Shown one piece after another: positions 8,707 to 19,700 of a stretch of 54,338 nucleotides of DNA. Source of the DNA: a virus (taxonomy: Duplodnaviria > Caudoviricetes); IMG/VR virus record IMGVR_UViG_3300021389_000029, positions 1 through 54,338 of that record, one strand, 5' to 3'. The notes under the pieces are model-generated. The model searched no databases. It was not told where the DNA came from and saw nothing but the letters and a program-made list of their open reading frames with translations. The position numbers and the translations under genes were made by a program. The stretch's first letter is position 1; every line of letters begins with the position of its first letter.

Positions 8707-11700
8707 ATGAATAAAACTAATATTTCAAATATTGCAAACCATGTAAAAAGTCAGCTTCCATCTTATATTTCTTCTGATGAAGATTATTCTAGGTTTGTAA
8801 AATTTTTAGAATTGTATTATGAGTGGATGTCTCAGTCAGATAATCCGTCCGGTGTCACCGGCGATATGACTGAATATGCCGACATTGATGATACACTAGA
8901 AATGTTTGTTTCTTTATACAAGAACGAGTTGGCTTCATCTTTTCCAAATGTTGTAAAAATAAAAGGAATAGAAGAAAAAAACTCTGAAAATGTGAACGCA
9001 AACCAATTAGGAAAAACCGCTGAGTCTGCTACAGAAAGTTTGTATGACCAAGAATTTTTAATGGATGGAATTGCAACATCTTTCAAACTTAATTATTTTA
9101 ATCCTTTTTATTATTTTGGCGAAACTGATGCGACATCTGTTGTTGATGAAATTGTGGTGTTTAAAAATCCAGCGACTTCAACTGATCGTGGAGATGGAGA
9201 TACATTGCAATCTTATGTCGATAATCTGACTCCGCCAGCTGTAAGTCGTACAGGAACAACAGGTGATTATGTAAAACTGGTCGAAAATACAGATTATGTT
9301 ATAGAAGGAAATGTCATTAAATTTGTGGACTCTAGTGGAGATCCCGACACTTTGATTGTAAATGATATAGTAAAAATTAGATTTTATGTAAAAACATACT
9401 TGGATGTTTCAACGACACCGGACACAGAAGATGGTGTTAAAAGATTAGTTGAATCTACTGGCGTCAAAAAAACTACATATGAAAATCAAAGAAACTTTCT
9501 AAAATTTATGAAAGATTTTTATCAATCTAAGGGTACAGAAAAATCATATGATTTTTTATTCCGATCAATTTTTAACGAACCCATAGAAATTTATTATCCA
9601 AAAGACAACCTATTTAAAGCCAGTAATAATATTTGGGAAAGTACTACATCAGTACGATCGATACCACATGTCGTTACTTTAGAGAATCCAGAAATACAAA
9701 ATCCATATAGAATAACAGGAAAAGTATCCGAAGCAACTGCTATTGTTGAATATTATAAAGACTTGAAAATTGGCGATTATGATGTTAGAGAATATTTCAT
9801 AACAAATATTTTTGGAACTTTTCAGAGCGAGGAAGATATTATAGTTTCTCAGACCAATGGAACTAAATTCGAAGAAAAATTATATGAATGTGTTGTGGGG
9901 TTTGATATTACAAATGCGGGTACGGATTATTCCAGAAATCAACCAATTCACTATAATCTTTCTTCAGAAGGTAGTGGCCATGGATTTGCAGCCGAAATTG
10001 GTCATACAACCACCGGCAAAGTGGAAAGAATCGATATCGGATCTGGTGGAGATGGATACACAGATGGAGAACATATAGAATTTGTTGATGATGGGACATT
10101 GGGTTCAGGTGCATCAGGTATAGTAATAGATACAAGCGCCACCACTAGTAATTATAGTGTATTGTTTAATCAAAATCCATCTTCTAGTGAGTATATTGCA
10201 AACGGGCCTCAAACTATATTTGATATTGGATTGTCTGGTGATGTTTATCACGATACTGCAAAAAATACAGTGGTAAGTATTGAAAATATTGATTCTATGT
10301 CAGATTCGGTTTTTGCTTTGTATGATTTTGAAAGTATTGATACTTCTATTATCACTGTTAAAGATAGTACTCAATTTTCTGGTTTGATACCAGATCTGAA
10401 ATCAAATTTGAATGGTATTAGAATAGAAACATCACTTGTTTCTACTGTGTCGCCGCCGTATGCGGTAGCCAATATTGACCCCAGTGATGATTTGGATACT
10501 AGATATAAAAACGATTTACTTTTGAGCGTGTCAAGTGTGGATTCAAATGGATCTATCACTGGTATTTCTACCGAAAATTCATTATTTGGTTCGTCTTTCA
10601 CGTCACTATCATCGCCATCCGCCGGTAAAACTAGTTCTAATTCTCAAGTTCTTCCTTCTCCTGTTAATTTAACCAACCAAACAGCTAGATACGAGTCTGG
10701 TAATGGTTTCGGTGGTAAATTTGATATATCAATAGAAAATAATTCGATATTAACTATTCTTTCTAGTACATCTGGTTTGGGATTTCAATATTTAAAAAAT
10801 GATGTATTAAAGATTGACGGAACTCAACTTGGTCTGAACGGATTATCTGACACGAATGATATTTTTATAAAAATAGATTCTGTAACAGCTGGTAGTGATT
10901 ATATGACAATTAATCAAGAAGATCCTATTACTTCGACCGCTGGATATACCACCACATCCGTCAGTGGTACGAATGCTAGTTGGAACGTCAATACGGGTAT
11001 GACTTTGCCCAGCGGTTCACCCATACCACTTTTTGTTAAATTGGCAGATTCTCCCTCTTCTGTAGGATATTCTGTAAATGATGTAATTATAATTCCTGGC
11101 GACTTATTAGGTGGATTTTCGCCTACAAATGACTTGACAATTATTGTAAATCAGGTCGATTCTATTGGAAGAATAGAAGAATTTTCTTTTAGTGGGGTTT
11201 CTTCGGTTGGCCAAATAGCTTCGTTTAGTGTGATTGGTACTCCAATTATTCCCGATGTCAAAGATAGTCATTATAACCCTTCATTTACCCTAACACAGTT
11301 CGATACATCTCTTCCAGCAGGAACTGATGCGAAATTTTTTGTTGAGAGAAGTGGTGCAACGTATCAAGTTTTGTTGCCCAGTTTTTCTGATAGAGGTACT
11401 AATTATGTAGTTGGCGACTCAATACTTATTGATGGTGCCCAGCTGGGTGGCGTTAGTACCACAAATGATCTAATTTTTGAAATTTCTTCTATTGACAGTA
11501 ATGGTGGAGTCACAGGGATTTCTATTATATCCGGTACATCTAAAAATTCATTTTCTATCTCTGACATTTCAGCGGAATCTGTCAAAGGAATTGGCGCAGA
11601 ATTTGATATTGTTATTACAAATGATGTCTATTCAGCAAGTGTTAGTTCTGGAAAAGGTGGCACTGGATATAATGTAGGGCAAGTTTTAACTATCAAAGGT

Positions 11701-14700
11701 TCTGTTTTAGCCCATCAGTGGGTTAAAAGTGGATTTACTGCAAAAATAAATCAGGTTGGTGAAAATGCACTATTTACTGATTCTGGATATATGAGACTTT
11801 CCGATATCGGTGAAACATTTAGAAAAAATTCTACGGATGGTATTACTATTGATTTTTGGTATTTCCGAAAAGGCACTGAAATTAGTGGTACTTATGGAGG
11901 CGCATCTATATTTTCTATAAATGAATCTGTAGGTGGTACACAAAAAACATTTTTACAACAACTTCCAGATGGTACTTTAGAATTTGGAAATGGGACTGTA
12001 TCGGAGACTGGCTCAGCTCTTTCCTTTGGCGATTGGCATCACATTGCCGTATTTTTAGGCCCAGCAGAATCCAGAGTTTATGTTGATGGACAAAACTATA
12101 TCACAACAATCACCGATAATAGTTATTTTGATATTTCTGAATATGGAGAGTATACAGAAACAATCACTATTGCCTCTGGTCAAGAAAATGGTATTTCTAC
12201 GATAGTATATGATCCTAATAAAAATATAGAAATGTCGGTTGACTATACATCGGGCCCATCTGCCGGAACACTTGTTTCTGTTACACCTACGACCAACTCT
12301 GCGGGTAATGTTATTTCCTGGCCAACATTGTCGATTGGAGACGTGGTCACTCTAACATATTCAAAACCAGTAAAGAATTTTTACTTGGGTGCTAGACAAA
12401 AAGTAGATTCTTCATATTCCATAGAAGATTATAATCATGCTTTCTTTGGAACTCTGAGATTTACAACTGGTCGCAGATATGAAGAAGTCTCTGGCCTCAT
12501 TGAAGATACGGGTACTGATAATTCTATCTCTGGTGTTGGATTGAATCCAATATATGTAAATCCAATTCCTTCTGTTACTACTATTCGAAAATCTGAACCA
12601 TTAAAGGTTACATTTAAAGTGACAGAGTCAAATAAATCTGCATTTTCTATGATGTTTGATATAAATGAAATCCCTACAATTACTAGAAGTGTAAACTCTA
12701 CTGTTCCCTCTGGTGAAATAATAACAAATACTTCCGAATTAATTCAACCAGGCCAAACCGGCGCACAGTTTTCATTGACTCAGGCTTTAGATTCTGGTGG
12801 TAATGCTATAAGTGGAATGGGCAGTGGAATTGCATTTTCGCCAGATTTGGGAATAGATGAAGTAATAGAAATAAGTTATTTGAGCGTTCTTGAAGATGAT
12901 GTAGAATATATTATTCGTAATGAAAATCATCCTGTGTCTGCTAATAAAATTTCTTTGCGAAAATCTGACGAAAATGGCATATATTCTACCTATGCTCTAC
13001 CGGACGGAAATTCTTTGCGAGTTTCTTGGTCGTCAAAACCAAGAGCTGCGGTTACTATTGTAAGTTTGTCTACTTTTGGAAATAATTATATGAAGAAACC
13101 ATATGGTTATGTCAAGGAATATACTGGTATTTATAAGTCGATTGGTAAGGGTGCATGGTTCAAAGGACATGGCAAAGACATAGGTAAAATAGAAAGTTTT
13201 AAAATAAAAGGAAATACACTTCAATCAGAACTGGAAGGGTTTGGAGTTGATTATACTACCCCACCAGTAATTGATCTAAGTTCCTTTGGTGATGGACAAG
13301 CGACAGCGACTGTATTGACAGGACCCCTTTGTGTGCGGTCTGGCGAGTTTTTAAACAAACAGGGATTTTTGTCAGATGACAATAGATTATATGATGGGTA
13401 TTTGTGGCAGGAGTTTTCTTATGTTGTTAAAGTCGGAAGATATATTGACGAATGGAGAAAAATTGTTAAAAAAGTGATTCACCCTGCCGGATTAATGATG
13501 TTTGGAGAATATAGTATTTCTACTGCTGCAGAAGTCAGAAAAGGTGCTGGTATTGCATGGGCCCAACTTATATACGAGATTATTAAAAATGTCAACATGA
13601 AAGTTAAAAATATGGACGGTCTTGGTCGATGGGCATATGGAGAAACTAATGGCCAATGGTATCCGACTTCGACAAGACAGGACACAAATTATTTAAATTC
13701 TCATGGAAATATATTCACATATGACAATAGACAACTAAGTGTAAATTCTACAATAGATGGAATGTATAATGGCGTAGGCGAAGGCGAAGTGTCTGACGAT
13801 ACCGCTGGATCTACAACAGTAGATAACGGATCTGGAAGATACGCTTTACTACAGGTTGATGGTACAAACGCTTCTGGTGGATGGTGGCAAGTTAAAAAAA
13901 TTGCATTAAATTTTAGAGAAGCATTTGGAAAAGACTATTCACACTATTACACTTCCGGGCTTATAGGAAATACTGTAACTATTTACGATATTTCTGATGA
14001 AGATATGATCTCTGATAATTGGATTAATACTCGACCTTGGGGAAAGTATGAAATAATTGGAGCTCTAATTGATTCATCGGTTGGTGAAAGATATGTTGTA
14101 TATGATGTCAAATTGATTTCAAGTTATTCTGCTGACATGCCCGAATGGGATAATGCAGTATTCGGTGGTCCGAATAGAGTAGAATTTAGATGGGATAATA
14201 TATTTCGTGGAAATGTAGATAGAAATGCCAATAGTTGGATCGGTTCTATCGCAGATGGTGCAAATCCTCGCGATGAAAAAATGATTATAAATATTTCTGG
14301 AAGATTTAACAATAATAAAGAAGGCGATGTGCCGACTTTACATACGACTTGGAAATCTTTAGAAAGATTTAAATTTTATTTTAGGGATACTTATCCTCGT
14401 AACGAATTGGTGCAACAAATGTTTAGTCCAGCTTCGGAAATGGTAGGTTCGCCTTATAATAACCATAGAAAATTGGTACAGGGAAATAATTTGACACATA
14501 TAGCAGTTAGACATCCGGATTATAATATGTGGTATAATTTGCCAGTAGAAGAAAATGGAAATGAGGAATGGATATCTACCACTGACGGAACAGATCATAA
14601 ATGGAGAAATACTGTTATGTCAGATGTAGTTACTAAATCTGATAGAAAGTATAGGGCGGTTTTAGATTCTATTGTAAATATTTCTCCCGTTTATTTGATT

Positions 14701-14979
14701 ATGTCGGAAGAAACCCCCCTATCAGGGACAAGAAAAAGAATGGGCCCAACAAATCTTTCAGTAGAAAGAGCTAAATTTAACGAAAAACTACAGTCGGGAT
14801 CTGATTATAACATTAGTGTTTTGGATGAAAATACATTTGAAAAATTTATATCGCCGGGCACTATAAATGACAAATCCAATTTCGCATCAGAATCTACATT
14901 GGTAAAATATACGACAGCAAATATACCATCAACTGTTGAAGAATTGAATCAAATTTTAGAAACTATGACAATCGACTAA
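8707..14979 (+). CDS. gp7: Baseplate wedge initiator gp7-like, enlarged (repeated beta domains, LamG-like domain, C-terminal extension)
   Basis: VKSQLP.YI...Y..FVKFLELYYEW; KDFYQSKGTEKSYDFLFRSIFNE.IEIYYPKD; GFLSD..RLYDG..WQEFSYV.K....W..IVKK.IHPAG..MFG. LamG-like TIDFWY...DWHHIAV...RVYVDG. Lies between gp6 and gp8. Confidence 0.8.
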   Translation: MNKTNISNIANHVKSQLPSYISSDEDYSRFVKFLELYYEWMSQSDNPSGVTGDMTEYADIDDTLEMFVSLYKNELASSFPNVVKIKGIEEKNSENVNANQLGKTAESATESLYDQEFLMDGIATSFKLNYFNPFYYFGETDATSVVDEIVVFKNPATSTDRGDGDTLQSYVDNLTPPAVSRTGTTGDYVKLVENTDYVIEGNVIKFVDSSGDPDTLIVNDIVKIRFYVKTYLDVSTTPDTEDGVKRLVESTGVKKTTYENQRNFLKFMKDFYQSKGTEKSYDFLFRSIFNEPIEIYYPKDNLFKASNNIWESTTSVRSIPHVVTLENPEIQNPYRITGKVSEATAIVEYYKDLKIGDYDVREYFITNIFGTFQSEEDIIVSQTNGTKFEEKLYECVVGFDITNAGTDYSRNQPIHYNLSSEGSGHGFAAEIGHTTTGKVERIDIGSGGDGYTDGEHIEFVDDGTLGSGASGIVIDTSATTSNYSVLFNQNPSSSEYIANGPQTIFDIGLSGDVYHDTAKNTVVSIENIDSMSDSVFALYDFESIDTSIITVKDSTQFSGLIPDLKSNLNGIRIETSLVSTVSPPYAVANIDPSDDLDTRYKNDLLLSVSSVDSNGSITGISTENSLFGSSFTSLSSPSAGKTSSNSQVLPSPVNLTNQTARYESGNGFGGKFDISIENNSILTILSSTSGLGFQYLKNDVLKIDGTQLGLNGLSDTNDIFIKIDSVTAGSDYMTINQEDPITSTAGYTTTSVSGTNASWNVNTGMTLPSGSPIPLFVKLADSPSSVGYSVNDVIIIPGDLLGGFSPTNDLTIIVNQVDSIGRIEEFSFSGVSSVGQIASFSVIGTPIIPDVKDSHYNPSFTLTQFDTSLPAGTDAKFFVERSGATYQVLLPSFSDRGTNYVVGDSILIDGAQLGGVSTTNDLIFEISSIDSNGGVTGISIISGTSKNSFSISDISAESVKGIGAEFDIVITNDVYSASVSSGKGGTGYNVGQVLTIKGSVLAHQWVKSGFTAKINQVGENALFTDSGYMRLSDIGETFRKNSTDGITIDFWYFRKGTEISGTYGGASIFSINESVGGTQKTFLQQLPDGTLEFGNGTVSETGSALSFGDWHHIAVFLGPAESRVYVDGQNYITTITDNSYFDISEYGEYTETITIASGQENGISTIVYDPNKNIEMSVDYTSGPSAGTLVSVTPTTNSAGNVISWPTLSIGDVVTLTYSKPVKNFYLGARQKVDSSYSIEDYNHAFFGTLRFTTGRRYEEVSGLIEDTGTDNSISGVGLNPIYVNPIPSVTTIRKSEPLKVTFKVTESNKSAFSMMFDINEIPTITRSVNSTVPSGEIITNTSELIQPGQTGAQFSLTQALDSGGNAISGMGSGIAFSPDLGIDEVIEISYLSVLEDDVEYIIRNENHPVSANKISLRKSDENGIYSTYALPDGNSLRVSWSSKPRAAVTIVSLSTFGNNYMKKPYGYVKEYTGIYKSIGKGAWFKGHGKDIGKIESFKIKGNTLQSELEGFGVDYTTPPVIDLSSFGDGQATATVLTGPLCVRSGEFLNKQGFLSDDNRLYDGYLWQEFSYVVKVGRYIDEWRKIVKKVIHPAGLMMFGEYSISTAAEVRKGAGIAWAQLIYEIIKNVNMKVKNMDGLGRWAYGETNGQWYPTSTRQDTNYLNSHGNIFTYDNRQLSVNSTIDGMYNGVGEGEVSDDTAGSTTVDNGSGRYALLQVDGTNASGGWWQVKKIALNFREAFGKDYSHYYTSGLIGNTVTIYDISDEDMISDNWINTRPWGKYEIIGALIDSSVGERYVVYDVKLISSYSADMPEWDNAVFGGPNRVEFRWDNIFRGNVDRNANSWIGSIADGANPRDEKMIINISGRFNNNKEGDVPTLHTTWKSLERFKFYFRDTYPRNELVQQMFSPASEMVGSPYNNHRKLVQGNNLTHIAVRHPDYNMWYNLPVEENGNEEWISTTDGTDHKWRNTVMSDVVTKSDRKYRAVLDSIVNISPVYLIMSEETPLSGTRKRMGPTNLSVERAKFNEKLQSGSDYNISVLDENTFEKFISPGTINDKSNFASESTLVKYTTANIPSTVEELNQILETMTID

Positions 14980-14986
14980 AAAAGAT

Positions 14987-14994
14987 TATAAATA
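14987..14994 (+). promoter_or_regulatory. T4-type late promoter (TATAAATA)
   Basis: Exact consensus in the intergenic gap upstream of gp8. Confidence 0.85.
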
Positions 14995-15025
14995 ATATAA
15001 AAAATCATATGCAAAAGGTAAAACA

Positions 15026-16708
15026 ATGGCAGCAATTATCACAAATAAACTGAGAATATTTAATGCTCAGGAATTTTTGCAATCTATTAACAGATCCGCA
15101 CCAATTTGGAAGGCATCAACAACTTATTCAGAAGGCACTTCTGTAGTGAAAGATGGAAATCTTTGGCTTGCATTGGGTAATGGAACTTCTGGTACTACAG
15201 GTCCAACACCGTCCGTACCCACCGATGGAAATATTACTTGGTCCCATCTAGGACAATCAGTATATAATAACCTTTATATGTCGATTGGGAAACCTACTGC
15301 TTGGTTGAATGATGCAAACCCGCCAACACCGGAAGATTCTATCGGATATGGATATGCAGTCAAACAGGGTTCTATTGCAATGAAAAAGGTCGAACAGACT
15401 GATATGACTCTTGCAATTCCTAGAATTAACTGGACACCAAATACAGTTTATACAATGTATGAACATGACTTGGCAGAAGAGATTATCCCAAATTCTTATG
15501 TGATAACCGAAGGTTCGAATCAATACAATGTGTATAAATGCATAAACAATCAAAAATTTGTAGATGACAGTGCAACATCTATTGCAGTTCAATCGACTGT
15601 GAAACCTACCACCACTTCTGTATCAGAAATAGAAACTACAGCTGATGGTTATAGGTGGAAATATATGTATTCTATTTCTCTTGCAGATTCCTTGAAGTTT
15701 TTGACAAAGGATTATATTCCTATAACCACTGTTGAATACGATCCATTAGATTCTTCTTCTGCTGAAGGTGTTCAATGGCAAATTCAACAAGCTGCTCTGA
15801 CAGCGCCTGGCCATATAGATCATGTAAAAATAATGCCTAATGAGGTCAATGGATCAATAACAGGAGGAGTAGGTTATCACGACAATATTTCTCGCAATGA
15901 CATGCTCCTTGATGGGACAAGTACTGTCACAATCACTGGTGTAGAATCTGGCATGTTGAGTGGTAAGTATAACGGATATTATGTTGTAGATGTACAAAAT
16001 CAAAATCAACAAAAAATTACAGATTGGGTAGTTACTGGAACAACTGTTGTTGTTACTCTCGATGGTGCTCTTCCTGCACAGGCCTCAACTACTATAATCG
16101 TGGCGCCAGGAATTACCACTACGGGTAATGGTTCGGGTTTCGATGCATATGGTATTGTTTCTTCTGGTAAAATTTCTAATATAAACATTACTAATAAAGG
16201 AACAAATTATACTACGATTACTTCAGCAGTTATAGATACCGATCACTTGCCGGCTCTTAGTTCTGGTGCAGATAATGTGAACGCATGTAAGGTAAAGCCG
16301 ATCATTAGTCCCGATAAAGGCCATGGATCTGATGCTATAGAAGAACTTGGTGGATATTATATTATGATAGCTATGCGACTTGAATATGATGAACAACATA
16401 CCAGACCTAATGATGCGGGCACTGATACAACTAAAGTAATGTTTCCAGTTTCGGACACATCTTCTGTGTTTAGACAAATCGCAATTGTTGCAGATCCCCT
16501 CGAAAAAACATCTCTTATTCCTGCAACAAATGTATCATATCGTGGTCCATCTTATACAACGCCATCGTCCGATGCTTGGGGTACTGCCGGAGAAACTACT
16601 TTTGATGTAGAATCTGGTTCTGGTAAGGTTTTGTATACTGAAAACAGACAACCCGTATCTCGCGCTATAGATCAAATCGAAGATATCAAGGTTGTCTTTG
16701 AATTTTAA
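15026..16708 (+). CDS. gp8: Baseplate wedge subunit gp8
   Basis: MAAIITNKLRIFNA..F; Y..IGKP..W....PP.P.D; AIPRINW...Y..Y; YNVYKCINN; DGYRWKYMYSI; P..GHG.D...ELG; SG.VLY.ENR.P.SRA.DQ.EDIK.V.EF (cyanophage-type gp8). Confidence 0.92.
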   Translation: MAAIITNKLRIFNAQEFLQSINRSAPIWKASTTYSEGTSVVKDGNLWLALGNGTSGTTGPTPSVPTDGNITWSHLGQSVYNNLYMSIGKPTAWLNDANPPTPEDSIGYGYAVKQGSIAMKKVEQTDMTLAIPRINWTPNTVYTMYEHDLAEEIIPNSYVITEGSNQYNVYKCINNQKFVDDSATSIAVQSTVKPTTTSVSEIETTADGYRWKYMYSISLADSLKFLTKDYIPITTVEYDPLDSSSAEGVQWQIQQAALTAPGHIDHVKIMPNEVNGSITGGVGYHDNISRNDMLLDGTSTVTITGVESGMLSGKYNGYYVVDVQNQNQQKITDWVVTGTTVVVTLDGALPAQASTTIIVAPGITTTGNGSGFDAYGIVSSGKISNINITNKGTNYTTITSAVIDTDHLPALSSGADNVNACKVKPIISPDKGHGSDAIEELGGYYIMIAMRLEYDEQHTRPNDAGTDTTKVMFPVSDTSSVFRQIAIVADPLEKTSLIPATNVSYRGPSYTTPSSDAWGTAGETTFDVESGSGKVLYTENRQPVSRAIDQIEDIKVVFEF

Positions 16709-16740
16709 TTCGTTTAACTACCCAATGAGAGAAGAAACAT

Positions 16741-19700
16741 ATGACTTTAAATCTTAATGTCACCCCCTATTTTGACGATTATGACATAAACAAGGGATAT
16801 CTAAAAATACTATTCAAGCCTGGAAATTCTATTCAGGCAAGAGAATTGACTCAAATGCAGAGTTTGTTGCAACAACAGATTACTAATTTGTCAGATCATT
16901 TCTTTAAAGAAGGGGCGATGGTAATACCTGGCCAATCAGCGATTGATTTAAATGCTCAGTATGTAAAAGTTATGCTTCCAACTACTCTACCATCTGCAAA
17001 TGATTTTGTAGGAAAGATAGTTCAAGGTAACAAAACTGGTTTGAAGGCATTAGTTGTTAAACATGTAGATATTTTTGATGGAAATAGTGACGGAGATTTT
17101 ACAGATTATGCAGCAGATGGTGATGAACCAACTACACTATATTTGAAATATCTTGATGGAGCCCCTGCTCCGAATACACAAGTTAATGTGGGAAGCGGAT
17201 TGGTTTCTATTCAAAATTCGGTGCCGGGCACCACGACATTTACTGTCAATGGAGAGACCGTAACTATTGATGAAGGGGCTACTTCTACATTTGTTGAAGG
17301 CGAAACTCTTGTAACAACTGGAACAGATGGTTCTACTTTAACTTGCGAAGTCATGTCAAATTCTGTTGTCTCTAGACCCATTGGTCAAGGTACGATTGCC
17401 TTTATTGAGGAGGGCGTTTATTATATCAGCGGACAATTGGTAAAAGTCCAAGCACAAAGTATTGTATTGAGTAAATACACTTCGGAACCAACTGCAAAAA
17501 TTGGTCTGGATATTTCACAATCTGTTATTACTTCTAATGATGATAGTTCTTTGCTTGATACATCTTTGGGTAGTGTAAATTATAATGCGCCTGGAGCTGA
17601 TAGACTGAAAGTTGTATTGACTTTAGTAAAAAAGGATATTGATGTAGTAGATACATCCGATTTTGTTGAGTTGATAACTGTTAAAAATGGTACTGTTGCT
17701 AAAGAAGCGGCGAGAGATGATTATGAAATTCTTATGAAAACTTTGGCCAGAAGAACTTATGATGAATCCGGCGATTATACTGTACGACCTTTCAAATTAG
17801 ATATTAGAGAATATTATAAAGAGAATTTTAATGATGGCGTTTTTGATATGTCGGACTTTGTATTTAATACTGATGTTGAGGCTAGATTCTGGGCAGAAAC
17901 TAAAATGCCAGAAGAATATGGAATGACTATCGATGGAGTCGGTCAATCGCATCAGATTACACAGCAAGATATTAATAATTATCCCGATCAGGTGCTAGAT
18001 ACAACTCAGACAAAATACTATCCTGGCGTTACGCATCAGAATTTGATTAATGCAGTTAGAAATAAAATTGCAATTGGTATCGAATCTGGTAAGGCATATA
18101 TAAAAGGATATGAAGTAGAACCCAAGGCCTTAAGCAAAGAGGGTAAATATCTTATATACGATAAAGCAAGAGAAATTTATAAAGAAAACAATGAGTTTAT
18201 TCCAGTAGATTTGGGCCCATATATCTTTGTGTCTGATATGAAGGGATTGCCAAAAATAAATAGTGCGGTCAATTTGGTAAATTGTCACATAGGTAAATCT
18301 GCGTCCGAAAAATGGGTTAGCGTGCCGGCAGATTCTAATACAACCTCTCTCAATATAGCGGGAATGACAGTCGATGGTGTTGCCGGAGAAATCCCACCAG
18401 TTATGTTTGATGGTGGGGCGGAGACATTGACATCAAACGTATATGGTATTGATATTGTCGGTACTGCAAAGGTTAAAGCAATTTCTTATTACGAAGATTC
18501 TAGTAGTGGTGCCAGATCATATAATCACACAACGGGGGATTTTAGACCTCCTGTTACCACACAAGAAACGGCGATCTATAAATTATATCTATATGACATA
18601 AATTTTGAAACTAACCCCAGAACTAACGCAGAATATAATATATTAGATGCTAGGTCTGTTACATCTCAAGAGACACATGGCGCAACAAAAGTATATGACT
18701 TTGGTTCAAATATTTTAACAAAGATGTCTATGATGCAACAAGAAGGAAATTTTTCCAGAAAATCTTTGATTTACCAAAAAAATAATGATGCTATTCGTGG
18801 CATTGTTTATGATTACAACTCTTTTAATGGTTCTTTATTGGTAAAAGAATTAAATTCTGGAAATGCGGGCGGATCAAATGGTTCGGTCGGAGACACTAAT
18901 ATTTTACCGAGAAATCGTTTTGCTCTTAATGAGGTAATTTTTGAGGCAATCGGAGTTAGTTCTGGTGGCAATTTCGCTAATACTGGAAATTCGACAGACG
19001 GAACTATTTCCAATACTACAACTACAGCTAGACTCTTTAGTAAATCGGTTATATCAAATTCCCTTGGCGGAAGTATAATTGAAACTGGAAATAATTGGCT
19101 CAAGACAATACGAAGTATAGATGACATTAGTGGTACTTCTACTGTTGATACACAATATTCTGTAATGAAAGAATTTGTGACTTCATCCAGTAATTTAGGA
19201 TCGGTAACTCTTACTCTAGCTGCCGCCGACGAATATTTTGAACAAACTACAACATTATATAATGTATGGACGCCTCCAAATGGAACTAGTTTATTCGCAG
19301 GCGAAGTAGGAACTCAAAGCAACTTTTCATTCTCATCCGATCTAAAATCGGTTACTTTTATAACTACATTATCTAGTATGTCGAACTTAAATGTACTGGT
19401 TCCTGTGAGAAAAACACAATCGAAAGAAAAAATAAAGACTGAAAACACACAAATATATATGCCATATACATTGACAAGTTTGACCGGCGGTACTATATCT
19501 GGACAAAATTGGGATTCGAACACAACGAACAATGATACAAATAACACTAATACATATGATATTGATATTGCTTCTCAAAGATCTTCTTCATCTGGACAAC
19601 TTTTATCTACTCTCACTGGATTGGGTGTAAGTACAGATTTATCATTATCTATAAACGAATTTCAATTACATCATTCTGATATCGTTAGCCTTAAAAAAAT

